This document shows, one piece after another, positions 42,169 to 50,579 of a stretch of 64,000 bases of DNA. Within the stretch, counting starts at the first letter, position 1. The number at the start of each line of letters is the position of its first letter. The notes under the pieces are model-generated. The model was not told the DNA's origin and did no database searches. It worked only from the letters and a program-made list of their open reading frames with translations. The translations under genes were made by a program, and so were the position numbers. This DNA is from an uncultured Chloroflexia bacterium (GTDB taxonomy: Bacteria > Chloroflexota > Limnocylindria > Limnocylindrales > CSP1-4), in NCBI GenBank assembly GCA_963821595.1, contig CAWGEL010000023.1:138930-202929 (forward strand). Reading direction: 5' to 3'.

Positions 42169-42951
42169 ATGACCCGCCAGGGCGAGACCGACCTTCCCGA
42201 CCACGTCCTCCGCAACCGCACGTACTGGACCGGCGAGGCACCGGACTACGTGGCCTCGGCCCGGCGGAACTGGGCGTCCCTCGAGCCGACCTGGGGCATC
42301 TGGGGCGTGCCCGAGTCGGAGCTGCACCTGCTGCCCGACGTGGCCGGCCTCGACGCGATCGAGCTCGGCTGTGGCACGGCCTACGTCTCGGCCTGGCTCG
42401 CGCGGCGGGGCGCCCGGCCCGTCGGCGTGGACGTCACGCCGGCCCAGCTCGAAACCGCGCGCGCGATGCAGGCGGAGCACGGCCTGGCCTTCCCGCTCAT
42501 CGAGGCGAATGCGGAGGCGGTCCCCCTGCCCGATGCCTCCTTCGACCTGGCCGTCAGCGAGTACGGCGCGGCGATCTGGTGCGACCCGGCCCGCTGGATC
42601 CCGGAAGCAGCGCGACTCCTTCGCCCCGGTGGCCGGCTGGTCTTCCTCGGCAATTCGACGCTGCTCATGCTGTGCGCCCCGGACGAGGATGACGTGCCGG
42701 CCGGCAGCAGCCTGGTCCGCGACCATTTCGGTGGCCTCGGGCGCTTCCCGTGGCCCGACGGAACCTCGGTCGAATTCCACCTGGGACACGGCGACATGAT
42801 CGACGTCCTGCGGCGGAGCGGGTTCAAGGTGGAGCGCCTGGTCGAGATCAGGGCGCCGGAAGGTGCGACGACTCGCTACCCCTTCGTCACGCCGGAGTGG
42901 GCGCGCCGGTGGCCCGCCGAGGAGGCCTGGATCGCGCGCAAGGGGCGATGA
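42169..42951 (+). CDS. Class I SAM-dependent methyltransferase (Methyltransf_11-like)
   Basis: The SAM motif is AIELGCGTAYVSAWLARRGA.PVGVD and the post-I/II region is FDLAVSEYGA...LLRPGGRLVF. The start is ATG 42169. Confidence 0.8.
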   Translation: MTRQGETDLPDHVLRNRTYWTGEAPDYVASARRNWASLEPTWGIWGVPESELHLLPDVAGLDAIELGCGTAYVSAWLARRGARPVGVDVTPAQLETARAMQAEHGLAFPLIEANAEAVPLPDASFDLAVSEYGAAIWCDPARWIPEAARLLRPGGRLVFLGNSTLLMLCAPDEDDVPAGSSLVRDHFGGLGRFPWPDGTSVEFHLGHGDMIDVLRRSGFKVERLVEIRAPEGATTRYPFVTPEWARRWPAEEAWIARKGR

Positions 42952-43043
42952 GTGGCCGTCTCCCGGCGGGAACGCGCCGGCCGGCGTCGCGTCGCCCGGG
43001 GGAAAGGGCCCCGGGGGGCCGCGCCTGATCGAAGCGGACCCGG

Positions 43044-43397
43044 CTACTCCCCGATCACGGCCCAGAGCAGGCCCATCATGATGAAGAACCCGCTGAACAG
43101 GGCGATGAGCGCGGTCGAGCCGTAGGCCGATGCGGCGGTGTTGGGGAACGACGGGATCAGCAAGCCGAAGCCGACCGCCCAGATGAGCGCCAGGATCCCG
43201 AAGAAGAGCTTGGCGTTGGGCCCGGTGATCGCTCGAACCCAGCCGATCGAGCCAGTCCGGCGCTCTGCCGACGATGCGGCGCGCACGAACGTCACCACGA
43301 AGAAACCGGCGAGGAGGGCCGCCAGCCCGAACTCGATCGGGTGCTGGATGGCCGTGATGAAGAGGGTCACCGGATGCGCCTCCGCTCGGATCGCCAA
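43044..43397 (-). CDS. Small membrane protein (3-4 TM), function unknown
   Basis: Hydrophobic helices include GLAALLAGFFVVTFV, LFFGILALIWAVGFGLLI and ALIALFSGFFIMMGLLWAVI. Confidence 0.5.
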   Translation of the reverse strand: MAIRAEAHPVTLFITAIQHPIEFGLAALLAGFFVVTFVRAASSAERRTGSIGWVRAITGPNAKLFFGILALIWAVGFGLLIPSFPNTAASAYGSTALIALFSGFFIMMGLLWAVIGE

Positions 43398-43488
43398 CCG
43401 ACGAGAGGGAACGATAGCAGAGGGGCCCGCGCGAGTCGCCGATCGCGGGAGTCAGGCCGGGCCCGGCTCGCTCCGGGCAGGGTCGCGG

Positions 43489-44562
43489 CTACGGGCTGGG
43501 CGAGGGCGAGGCGCCCGCGGATGTCGCTGGGCTGGGCGAGGCACTCGAGCCAGCGGAACTGCTCGGCGAGGCTGAGGCGCCGGACGACGGGCTCGCCGAC
43601 GCAGCCGCGCTTGGCGACACCGATGGGCCGGACGACGCCGATGGGCCGGGCGAGGCCGACGCGCTGGGCACCGGGGTCGGCAGCGGGGTCCCGTTGATGA
43701 GGTTGTCCATGAGCGGGGCCAGGTCAGCCATGGTCGCACCGCCGGCCGGGGTGTTGGCCGTCCCGTCGGCCGTCGTCTTGTCGTACGTCAATGCGCCGGC
43801 TGCCGTCCGGTACAGGAACTTCCCGTTGAGGGCGAGCGACGGCGTCGAGGTGATCCCGTCCGCCCGGCCCTGCGCGGTTTCCGCGGTGACCGCGGCCACC
43901 GTCGCGGGATCCGCCATGCAGGCGTCGAACGCCGCTCGGTTCAGCCCGACCTTGTCCGCCACCTGGCCGAGCAGGCTGGCCGAGAAGCGACCGCTGTTCT
44001 CCACCTGCTGGTTGACGAACAGCCAGTCGTGGTACGGCCAGAACTTGTTCTGGGCGGCCGCGCACCGCGTTGCCGCCGCGGCCTGGTGCGACTCGCCGGC
44101 GGGGTTCCCGCCGTCGATGAAGGCGAAGTCGCGATAGGCGATCGCGGCCTTGCCGGGCTCGACGTACGTCGTGATGAAGCTCGGCATGACGTTCTCGGTC
44201 CACTGCCGGCAGAACGGGCACTGGTAGTCGGACCAGACCTCCAGGGTGGCCTTGACACCCGGCTTGCCGAGCTCCCGCGGGTCCGATGCGGAGACCAGGT
44301 CCGTCGGCGTGAACGACTGCGGGGTCAGCAGCCCGCCACCGGGCAGGCGCTGGCCCAGGACGCCGGTCGCGAGCAGCACGACCAGGACGATTCCGACCAG
44401 GACGGCTGCGGCGGTGACGAGCACCATCGGCGACTGCCACGCGGGACGCGCGGCGGCGGTGGCGGCGGCCGCGTAGCGGCGGTCGCGACGGTTGGCCTCG
44501 CGGCGGGCCCGGCGGGTCGAGGGCGGGGGTGGCGTTCCGCCACGGCGAGGATCGCTCGACAT
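43489..44562 (-). CDS. DsbA-family thiol:disulfide oxidoreductase, membrane-anchored, with Ser/Pro-rich C-terminal tail
   Basis: The active site is WSDYQCPFCRQW, there is one N-terminal TM helix, and ITSTPSLALNG is the cis-Pro region. The start is ATG 44562. Confidence 0.8.
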   Translation of the reverse strand: MSSDPRRGGTPPPPSTRRARREANRRDRRYAAAATAAARPAWQSPMVLVTAAAVLVGIVLVVLLATGVLGQRLPGGGLLTPQSFTPTDLVSASDPRELGKPGVKATLEVWSDYQCPFCRQWTENVMPSFITTYVEPGKAAIAYRDFAFIDGGNPAGESHQAAAATRCAAAQNKFWPYHDWLFVNQQVENSGRFSASLLGQVADKVGLNRAAFDACMADPATVAAVTAETAQGRADGITSTPSLALNGKFLYRTAAGALTYDKTTADGTANTPAGGATMADLAPLMDNLINGTPLPTPVPSASASPGPSASSGPSVSPSAAASASPSSGASASPSSSAGSSASPSPATSAGASPSPSP

Positions 44563-44763
44563 GATGGTTGGTCTGGCCTCGGGGGGGGGTGAGGGTGAAG
44601 GGATGGCGCGTCGAGGGTACAGGAATCGGGGCCGCGGTTCCGGCGCCGCCGGCAGCGACGCGTGGACGCCTGACAGCAACGCGGCACGGGTGCGCCGCGG
44701 TTGTGCCGGGATCCCGGCGCGGGCGGGCCGCCTCGTGGGTGGGTGGGGCGCCGGCCGGAGCGG

Positions 44764-45639
44764 TCAGACCGCCGGGGCGGTCGGTTGCGCGTTCCGCGCC
44801 GGCCGCACGACCGGGCGCAGCAGCAGGAACAGCACCGGCAGGAGGTAGGCGGCCCAGGCCGCCAGCACGATCCACTCGGGCCGCGACGAGTAGCCGAACA
44901 CCGATCGAAGGACCAGCCCGACGCCCGTCTCCTCCGACAGCACGCCGTTCAGGTCGAAGGCGACGCCCGTGGCCACCCGCACCACGTTGATCTCGACCAG
45001 CTCATGGACCGCCGCGCTGACCAGCCCGGCCGCCACGAACACCAGCAGGATCGCCGTCCAGGAGAAGAAGCGGGCGAGGTCAAGGCGCCGGCTGCCGCGG
45101 TACAGCGCGACACCCACGCCGGCGGCGATGGCGAGGCCGAGGAGCGCGCCGAGCAGGACGCTGACCGCTCCGTTTCCACCGTCGGCGGCCGTCGCTGCAC
45201 GGGCCTGGCCGACCAGGAACAGGGCCATCTCCAGGCCCTCGCGGATGATCGCGGCAAAGACGACGACCGCCAGTCCGCCGGCGGCGCCTTCCGAGACGGC
45301 CAGCGCCACGGCCCGGTTCAGGCGACCGGCCACCGCCGCCGCGCGCCGGCGCATCCAGAAGAGCATCGCGGTCACCACGCCGGCGGCGAACAGCATGGCG
45401 GTGGCCTCGAACGCCTGCTCGTACGGCGAAGGCAGGCCGCCGATCGTCAGATAGAGGGCCACGCCTGCCGCGAAGCTCGAGATCACCGCGGCCACGGCGC
45501 CCAGGCCCACGATGCGCAGGAAGCGGACGTTGCCGCTGCGGACCACGGCGGCGCAGACCAGGCTCACGATGAGCGCTGCCTCCAGGCCCTCGCGAAGGCC
45601 GGTGAGCAGGCCGGTGGCCAGGGCGCCGGGGTCGACCAT
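44764..45639 (-). CDS. FTR1/EfeU-family high-affinity iron permease
   Basis: It has two REGLE motifs (LREGLEAAL and IREGLEMAL) within 7 TM helices. Confidence 0.85.
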   Translation of the reverse strand: MVDPGALATGLLTGLREGLEAALIVSLVCAAVVRSGNVRFLRIVGLGAVAAVISSFAAGVALYLTIGGLPSPYEQAFEATAMLFAAGVVTAMLFWMRRRAAAVAGRLNRAVALAVSEGAAGGLAVVVFAAIIREGLEMALFLVGQARAATAADGGNGAVSVLLGALLGLAIAAGVGVALYRGSRRLDLARFFSWTAILLVFVAAGLVSAAVHELVEINVVRVATGVAFDLNGVLSEETGVGLVLRSVFGYSSRPEWIVLAAWAAYLLPVLFLLLRPVVRPARNAQPTAPAV

Positions 45640-46092
45640 GGGATCATCTCTCCGCGGACGCGGGGATTTCGACACCCCGTCGCCGGCGGAATTTACCGCC
45701 CCTGGGCGCGATGGTCAAGGAGCCTTGCTATTTGGGGGCAAGGTGCCTTTCGGCCAAGAGAACGGGCGGAGCCGTCCGGGCGTCCCGGCGGTACCGCCGG
45801 GATCGGAAGCGCGCGACGGCCGGCGATGGTGCCAGCGTCCCGGCGGACGAGGCAGGCAATTCGACCCCTGCGGACGTCGGCGCGTGAACGGAGCGACGGC
45901 CCGAACGAAGTCCCGGTCGCCCGCCGGACCATTGCCTGCTCGCCAGCCGGCACGACGACGAAACCATCCGCCGGCCCGACGACTCAAGCGGAGTACAGGT
46001 TCACCTGCCCACACGTCCGGGAGCCACGCCATGCCCGAGCAGCCCATGCCCGCCGACGCCGCCCTCATCCCGACCGACACGCGGACGGCCCG

Positions 46093-46971
46093 ATGCGCCT
46101 GAGCACCGCGACCTGGGTCGTCATCGGAGCGGCCCTGGGCATCGTGCTGGTGTTCGCGACCAACCAGGTCGTGCCCGCCTCGAGCGCCTACCAGGCCCAG
46201 ATCCGCGTCTGGCTCGCCGCCCGCGCGACGGGCATCACCGCATACCTGCTCCTGAGCATCCTCGTGAGCTTCGGACTCATCCTCAGCCACCCGACGAACC
46301 AGTCGACGTGGAAGCTCTCCAAGCGCCTCTTCCCCTGGCACGAGAACCTGTTCGTGTTCGTCATCGCGTTCCTCGTGGCCCACATCGTCAGCCTCGTCAT
46401 CGACCCCTACGCCGGGATCGGCAACGACACGGCAGGCCAGATCGCCGGGACGTTCATCCCGGGCCTGTCGATGTACCGCAGCGCCCCGGTGGCGCTCGGG
46501 ACGCTGGCGATGTACGCGATGCTGGTCAGCGGCATCACCGCCCGATGGACGCGACTGCTCCCGCAGGGGTTCTGGCTGAAGCTGCATCGTTTCGCGCTCG
46601 TGGCCTGGGCCCTGGCGTGGGTCCACGGCCTGCTCTCGGGCACCGATGCGGTCATGCTCGTGCCCCTCTACGCGGTGACTGGCCTCGCCGTGGTCTCGGC
46701 CGCCGCGTATCGGTACTGGGTCGCCAAGAAGGGCCGGCCCACGTTCGCGACGTCGCTGCCCGGCGCGACGGCCCCTCGCGCGGGAGCCGCGCATGCGCCG
46801 GCCGCGCACGCAGCGACCGCCGTCCATCCAGCCATCGGGGCACCCGTTCCCGCCGCGGCGAGAGCCCCGATCACACCGCGGCCCGACGCGCCGCGTCGGA
46901 CCCTCCTGCGTCCTGACGCGGCCTCGCTCCCAACGCTCGCCCCCGTCCAAGCGGAGGATTCGACCCGATGA
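46093..46971 (+). CDS. Ferric-reductase-like transmembrane domain protein (MsrQ/YedZ-type b-heme membrane component, no NAD/FAD domain)
   Basis: It has six hydrophobic helices with conserved His positions (HENLFVFVIAFLVAHIVSLVIDPY and LHRFALVAWALAWVHGLLSG). Only the last 292 codons of the 756-aa track ORF are used. Confidence 0.6.
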   Translation: MRLSTATWVVIGAALGIVLVFATNQVVPASSAYQAQIRVWLAARATGITAYLLLSILVSFGLILSHPTNQSTWKLSKRLFPWHENLFVFVIAFLVAHIVSLVIDPYAGIGNDTAGQIAGTFIPGLSMYRSAPVALGTLAMYAMLVSGITARWTRLLPQGFWLKLHRFALVAWALAWVHGLLSGTDAVMLVPLYAVTGLAVVSAAAYRYWVAKKGRPTFATSLPGATAPRAGAAHAPAAHAATAVHPAIGAPVPAAARAPITPRPDAPRRTLLRPDAASLPTLAPVQAEDSTR

Positions 46972-47459
46972 TCACGTTACGCCTCATCGTCCGGCGCGCG
47001 GTGGTGACCGCCGTCGTCGCCGCCAGCCTGGCTCTCGGGTTCGCGTCGATCCAGGCGGCCGCCGAGTGGACCGCCGCGTCGGCTCCGCTCGCGGCACCGC
47101 CCGTCTCGGCCGACACGATCACGGCCCAGCTCGCGACCGAGCAGGACCGCTCGTCGAACCTCCAGAGCCAGCTCGACGCGGTGGGCAGCCAGGCCGACCA
47201 GCTCGCCGCCGCGCTCAAGACGGCCAGTGCACAGATCGCCAGTGATGCCAAGAGTGCGGCCGGCCTGCGCCAGCGCCTGGGCGCAGCGGAGAAGCGGCTG
47301 GCGTCCACCAATGGCTCGAACCAGCGTTCGGGGGCGGCGGTCGCCACCGGCAGGCCGCGCCTGGTGCAGCGCGTGGTCACCGTCACCCAGCGGACCGGCG
47401 CGACGCCGACGCCCGCGCCAACCTACTCCGAAGACGGCGGGACCGGCAATGACAACTGA
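46968..47459 (+). CDS. Membrane-anchored/secreted coiled-coil protein, unknown function
   Basis: The ATG overlaps the upstream stop (ATGA). An N-terminal hydrophobic anchor (AVVTAVVAASLALGFA) is followed by a Q/A/L-rich heptad-like region. Confidence 0.5.
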   Translation: MITLRLIVRRAVVTAVVAASLALGFASIQAAAEWTAASAPLAAPPVSADTITAQLATEQDRSSNLQSQLDAVGSQADQLAAALKTASAQIASDAKSAAGLRQRLGAAEKRLASTNGSNQRSGAAVATGRPRLVQRVVTVTQRTGATPTPAPTYSEDGGTGNDN

Positions 47460-48171
47460 GGCGCTCAGCGTCGAAACCCTCCGCCCGTTCCGGGACGAGC
47501 CGGCCCTCCGGCCGCTGCCGGATGGCGGCGACTCGGAGCAGGCCACCCGTGACCGAGCGGCAGCCCATGCGGCAGATGCTCCGGCCGTCCGCCCGCGCCT
47601 GCGGCCGCTGCCCGAGCCGGGCCAGCCCCGGGCCGGGATCGCCGCGCAGGCCCCGAGGGCGATTGCCAGGGCGAAGCCCGTTGCCCGGCGCGGCGTCGCC
47701 CTGCCGGTGCACGTCGCTTTCGCCGCCGGGGCCGCGGTCGGGATCTACTCCGCCTCCCTGGCCGGTGTCACGGCCCTCCAGGCCCTGACCAACGCCCAGC
47801 TCAATTCGCAGGCGGCTCCGGCCCTCGCCACGATCGCCAGCATGCGGGATCAGCATGATCGCCTCGAGGCCGCGCTGAACCTGGCGAGCGCGCAGTACAC
47901 GAACGCGGCCACCTCCTACCAGTCGGTCGTGAACGATGTCCAGGTGGGCGAGCAGCGGCTGACGGGACTGGGCAAGCAGGTCGTCGGCATCGAACAGGCG
48001 GAGAGCGCCCTCAGCAGCGCTCGCTCCGCGATCGCGGCGGCGTCGAGCTCCGTCGGCTCGGGCTACGTCGCGACCGGCGGATCGAAGCTCCTGACCGTCA
48101 CCAGGACCGTGTATGTCTCGGCGAAGCCGGTGAGCAACGCCTGCACCACCGCCTCCGGGAAGCCCTGCTGA
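47449..48171 (+). CDS. Membrane-anchored coiled-coil protein, unknown function
   Basis: The ATG at 47449 overlaps the previous gene by 11 nt. One TM helix (VAFAAGAAVGIYSASLAGV) is followed by a Q/A/S-rich helical region and a C-terminal Cys pair. Confidence 0.5.
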   Translation: MTTEALSVETLRPFRDEPALRPLPDGGDSEQATRDRAAAHAADAPAVRPRLRPLPEPGQPRAGIAAQAPRAIARAKPVARRGVALPVHVAFAAGAAVGIYSASLAGVTALQALTNAQLNSQAAPALATIASMRDQHDRLEAALNLASAQYTNAATSYQSVVNDVQVGEQRLTGLGKQVVGIEQAESALSSARSAIAAASSSVGSGYVATGGSKLLTVTRTVYVSAKPVSNACTTASGKPC

Positions 48172-48317
48172 ACGCGGCGGCGGGCACGGTCCGAGCCGCG
48201 GCGGCGAGCCCCGCCGACGAGCGCGCTGCCGGCGCGGCGGGGCACGGTCCGCCATCCGCCGACGGGGCCGGACGGACACCCGGCGGTTCGCAGGTCGCTC
48301 GCTTCGAGCGCCGGGCG

Positions 48318-49328
48318 ATGGGGTCGCCATTGCGCCTGATCGTCGTGGGGGCCGAGAACGGTGCGGCCGGCTCGGCCTGGGCCGCGGTCTCGGACCGGAT
48401 CGAGCAGGTCGAGCAGTCACTGTCCCGGTTCCGGTCGAGCAGCGACGTCACGAGCCTGAACCGACACGCGGGCGACGCCGCCCTGGTCGCCGTGGACGGC
48501 GACCTGTACCGCTCACTGGCGGCGGCCGATCGCGCGATGCGCATCACCGGCGGGGCGTTCGACCCGCGCGTCCTGGTCGACCTCGAGCGGCTCGGCTACG
48601 TCGGAGCGGCGCTCGAGACGCCAGAGGACGGATCGGCGACCGTGATGGCCCGCACCGGCGGGTCGACCGCGACGACCGCGACCGTGGTCGCGACGGCTCC
48701 CGCGCCAGGATCCTCCAGTGACGCTCCAGCCCCTCGTCTCCCCGTCTTCCCGGACGGCCGCTGGATCCACCGCGATCCGTGGCGACGGGCCGTCGCGGTG
48801 GCGGCGCCGGTGGATCTTGGCGGCATCGGCAAGGGGCTGGCGCTCCGCTGGGCCCTCGCCGCGGCCCGACGAGCGGTTCCCGGCCTCGGGGACTCGGTCG
48901 GGGCACTCCTGGAGGCGGGCGGCGACATCGTGGCGTGCGGGCCGGCGCCGCAGCCCGGCCCGTGGCTCGTGGGCATCGAGAGCCCGCTGGCCGACGGCGC
49001 GGAGCTGGCGGTCATCGAGGTCGCCAACGGAGCCGTGTCGACGTCGTCGATCTCGGTCCATTCGTGGCGCGCGCCCGATGGGCGGTCGGTCCACCACCTC
49101 CTCGATCCCGCGACCGGCGAGCCCGGCGGCGCTGGGCTGCTGTCGGTGACGGTGGCCGGGCCCGATCCTGCATGGACCGAGGTGTGGAGCAAGACGCTCT
49201 TCCTCCAGGGGCCCGGTGGTATCGGCGCTCGCGCGCGGGCGGCCGGCCTGGCCGCCTGGTGGGTGGATGGCGACGGGCGGCTGGGGATGACGCCGGGCGG
49301 TCGCATGGTGACCGCCTGGGAGCAGTAG
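48318..49328 (+). CDS. apbE: ApbE-family FAD:protein FMN transferase
   Basis: The translation includes AMGSPLRLIV..., S.F...SDV..LN, AFDPRV and VDLGGIGKGLAL. No signal peptide or lipobox is visible at the called start. Confidence 0.8.
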   Translation: MGSPLRLIVVGAENGAAGSAWAAVSDRIEQVEQSLSRFRSSSDVTSLNRHAGDAALVAVDGDLYRSLAAADRAMRITGGAFDPRVLVDLERLGYVGAALETPEDGSATVMARTGGSTATTATVVATAPAPGSSSDAPAPRLPVFPDGRWIHRDPWRRAVAVAAPVDLGGIGKGLALRWALAAARRAVPGLGDSVGALLEAGGDIVACGPAPQPGPWLVGIESPLADGAELAVIEVANGAVSTSSISVHSWRAPDGRSVHHLLDPATGEPGGAGLLSVTVAGPDPAWTEVWSKTLFLQGPGGIGARARAAGLAAWWVDGDGRLGMTPGGRMVTAWEQ

Positions 49329-49493
49329 GGCCGCCGCCCGAACCCGAAGGCCACCCGAACGCGAGCGCCCACCCGAATCCGAACCCCGCGTGACCGCCCG
49401 AACCCCGAGCGCCCCGCCTATCCCGGCATCCACGCCCCGCCCTCGGCGTTCGAGAGCGCCGGCGAGTGTGGCGGGCGTCAGCCGATTCGAGGC

Positions 49494-50312
49494 CTATCCC
49501 GTGACGAACTCCCCGCCGTCGACGTTGATGACGTTGCCGTTGATCCAGTCCGAGTCGGTGCCGGCCAGCGTGACCAGCGCACCCGCAACGTCGCGCGTCG
49601 TCGTCAGGCGGCCGTGCGGGTTGCGCCTCATCGCGATGTCGACCACAGCGGCCGCCTCCGGGATCTTGCGGAGCGCGGGCGTGTCGGTGACGCCGGCCCG
49701 GATCGCGTTCACGGAGACCCCCGTCCCCAGCCTGGCGAACTCCATCGACAGCTGGCGGCAATGCGACTCCAGCGCTGCTTTCGCGGCCGAGACGGCACCG
49801 TAGGAGGGGATCATCCGGGCCGATCCCTCCGACGTCATCGCAAAGACCTTGGAACCCGGCTCCAGGAAGCCACCGCGCCAGAGGTCCTGCACCCAGTAGA
49901 CGAGCGAGTTGGCCATCACGTCGAGCGTCATCTCGAGCTGGCTACGGCTGATGGCCCCCTTCGGGTCAGCGGCGAGGAACGGCTGCAGGGATCCGAAGGC
50001 CAGCGAGTGCATGACGACCCGAACGTACGGCCGGCGGCCGGCGGCCCTCGACCGGTCGAACCGGGCGGCGAGCGCGGCGAGCGCCGCAGCCCGCTTCTCG
50101 TCGTCCGCGGCGTTCATGTTCGTGTAGAGCGCCTCCGACCCGGCGGCCTCGATCGCCGCCGTGACCTCGGCGACGTGGGCGAGTCCGGCCCGGAAGTCGA
50201 GGTGGATCCCGCAGATCCGGTACCCGGCGGCGGCGAATGCGAGGGCGGCCGCTTCGCCCATGCCGCTCGACGCTCCCAGGATGAGCGCCCAGCGCTCGCG
50301 GTCGTCCGCCAT
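49494..50312 (-). CDS. Short-chain dehydrogenase/reductase (SDR) family oxidoreductase
   Basis: The Rossmann motif is ALILGASSGMGEAAALAF, the catalytic region is YGAVSAAKAAL, and NVINVDGG lies near the C-terminus. Confidence 0.75.
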   Translation of the reverse strand: MADDRERWALILGASSGMGEAAALAFAAAGYRICGIHLDFRAGLAHVAEVTAAIEAAGSEALYTNMNAADDEKRAAALAALAARFDRSRAAGRRPYVRVVMHSLAFGSLQPFLAADPKGAISRSQLEMTLDVMANSLVYWVQDLWRGGFLEPGSKVFAMTSEGSARMIPSYGAVSAAKAALESHCRQLSMEFARLGTGVSVNAIRAGVTDTPALRKIPEAAAVVDIAMRRNPHGRLTTTRDVAGALVTLAGTDSDWINGNVINVDGGEFVTG

Positions 50313-50398
50313 GCCTGACACCTCCTCGGCAACCCACCCTGGCCGTGCCACCGATCGATCCGGCTGGCCGGCGTCGCAGCATGCGGGAGTCTAGCAGC

Positions 50399-50447
50399 GC
50401 CCCCGCGGCGTGCCCCCGCGGCGTGCTCCCCGCGGCGTGCCTCCGCG
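50399..50447. repeat. 13/14-bp tandem repeat, about 3.5 copies
   Basis: The sequence is GCCCCCGCGGCGT GCCCCCGCGGCGT GCTCCCCGCGGCGT GCCTCCGCG. It is intergenic. Confidence 0.85.
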
Positions 50448-50579
50448 TCCACCGGCCGCGACCCGCCCGCTGGTCACGGGCACCCGACGTACCGCAGCCG
50501 TGGCGGACGATCGGGTGACGGCCTCGTCATGACGCGAGGGGGTATGGTCACGGTCTCCGCACCAACGAGGAGGTGACCG

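Noticed and set aside
44701-46971. A 756-aa plus-strand ORF. Similarly extended track ORFs are 57349..59265, 61433..63403, 19130..20947, 20161..21426 and 21005..22216.
   Set aside because: Only the 3-prime portions have protein-like sequence and family motifs. The upstream parts run antisense through neighbouring genes or intergenic DNA. Starts were moved to internal ATG or GTG codons with SD sequences or start/stop overlaps.
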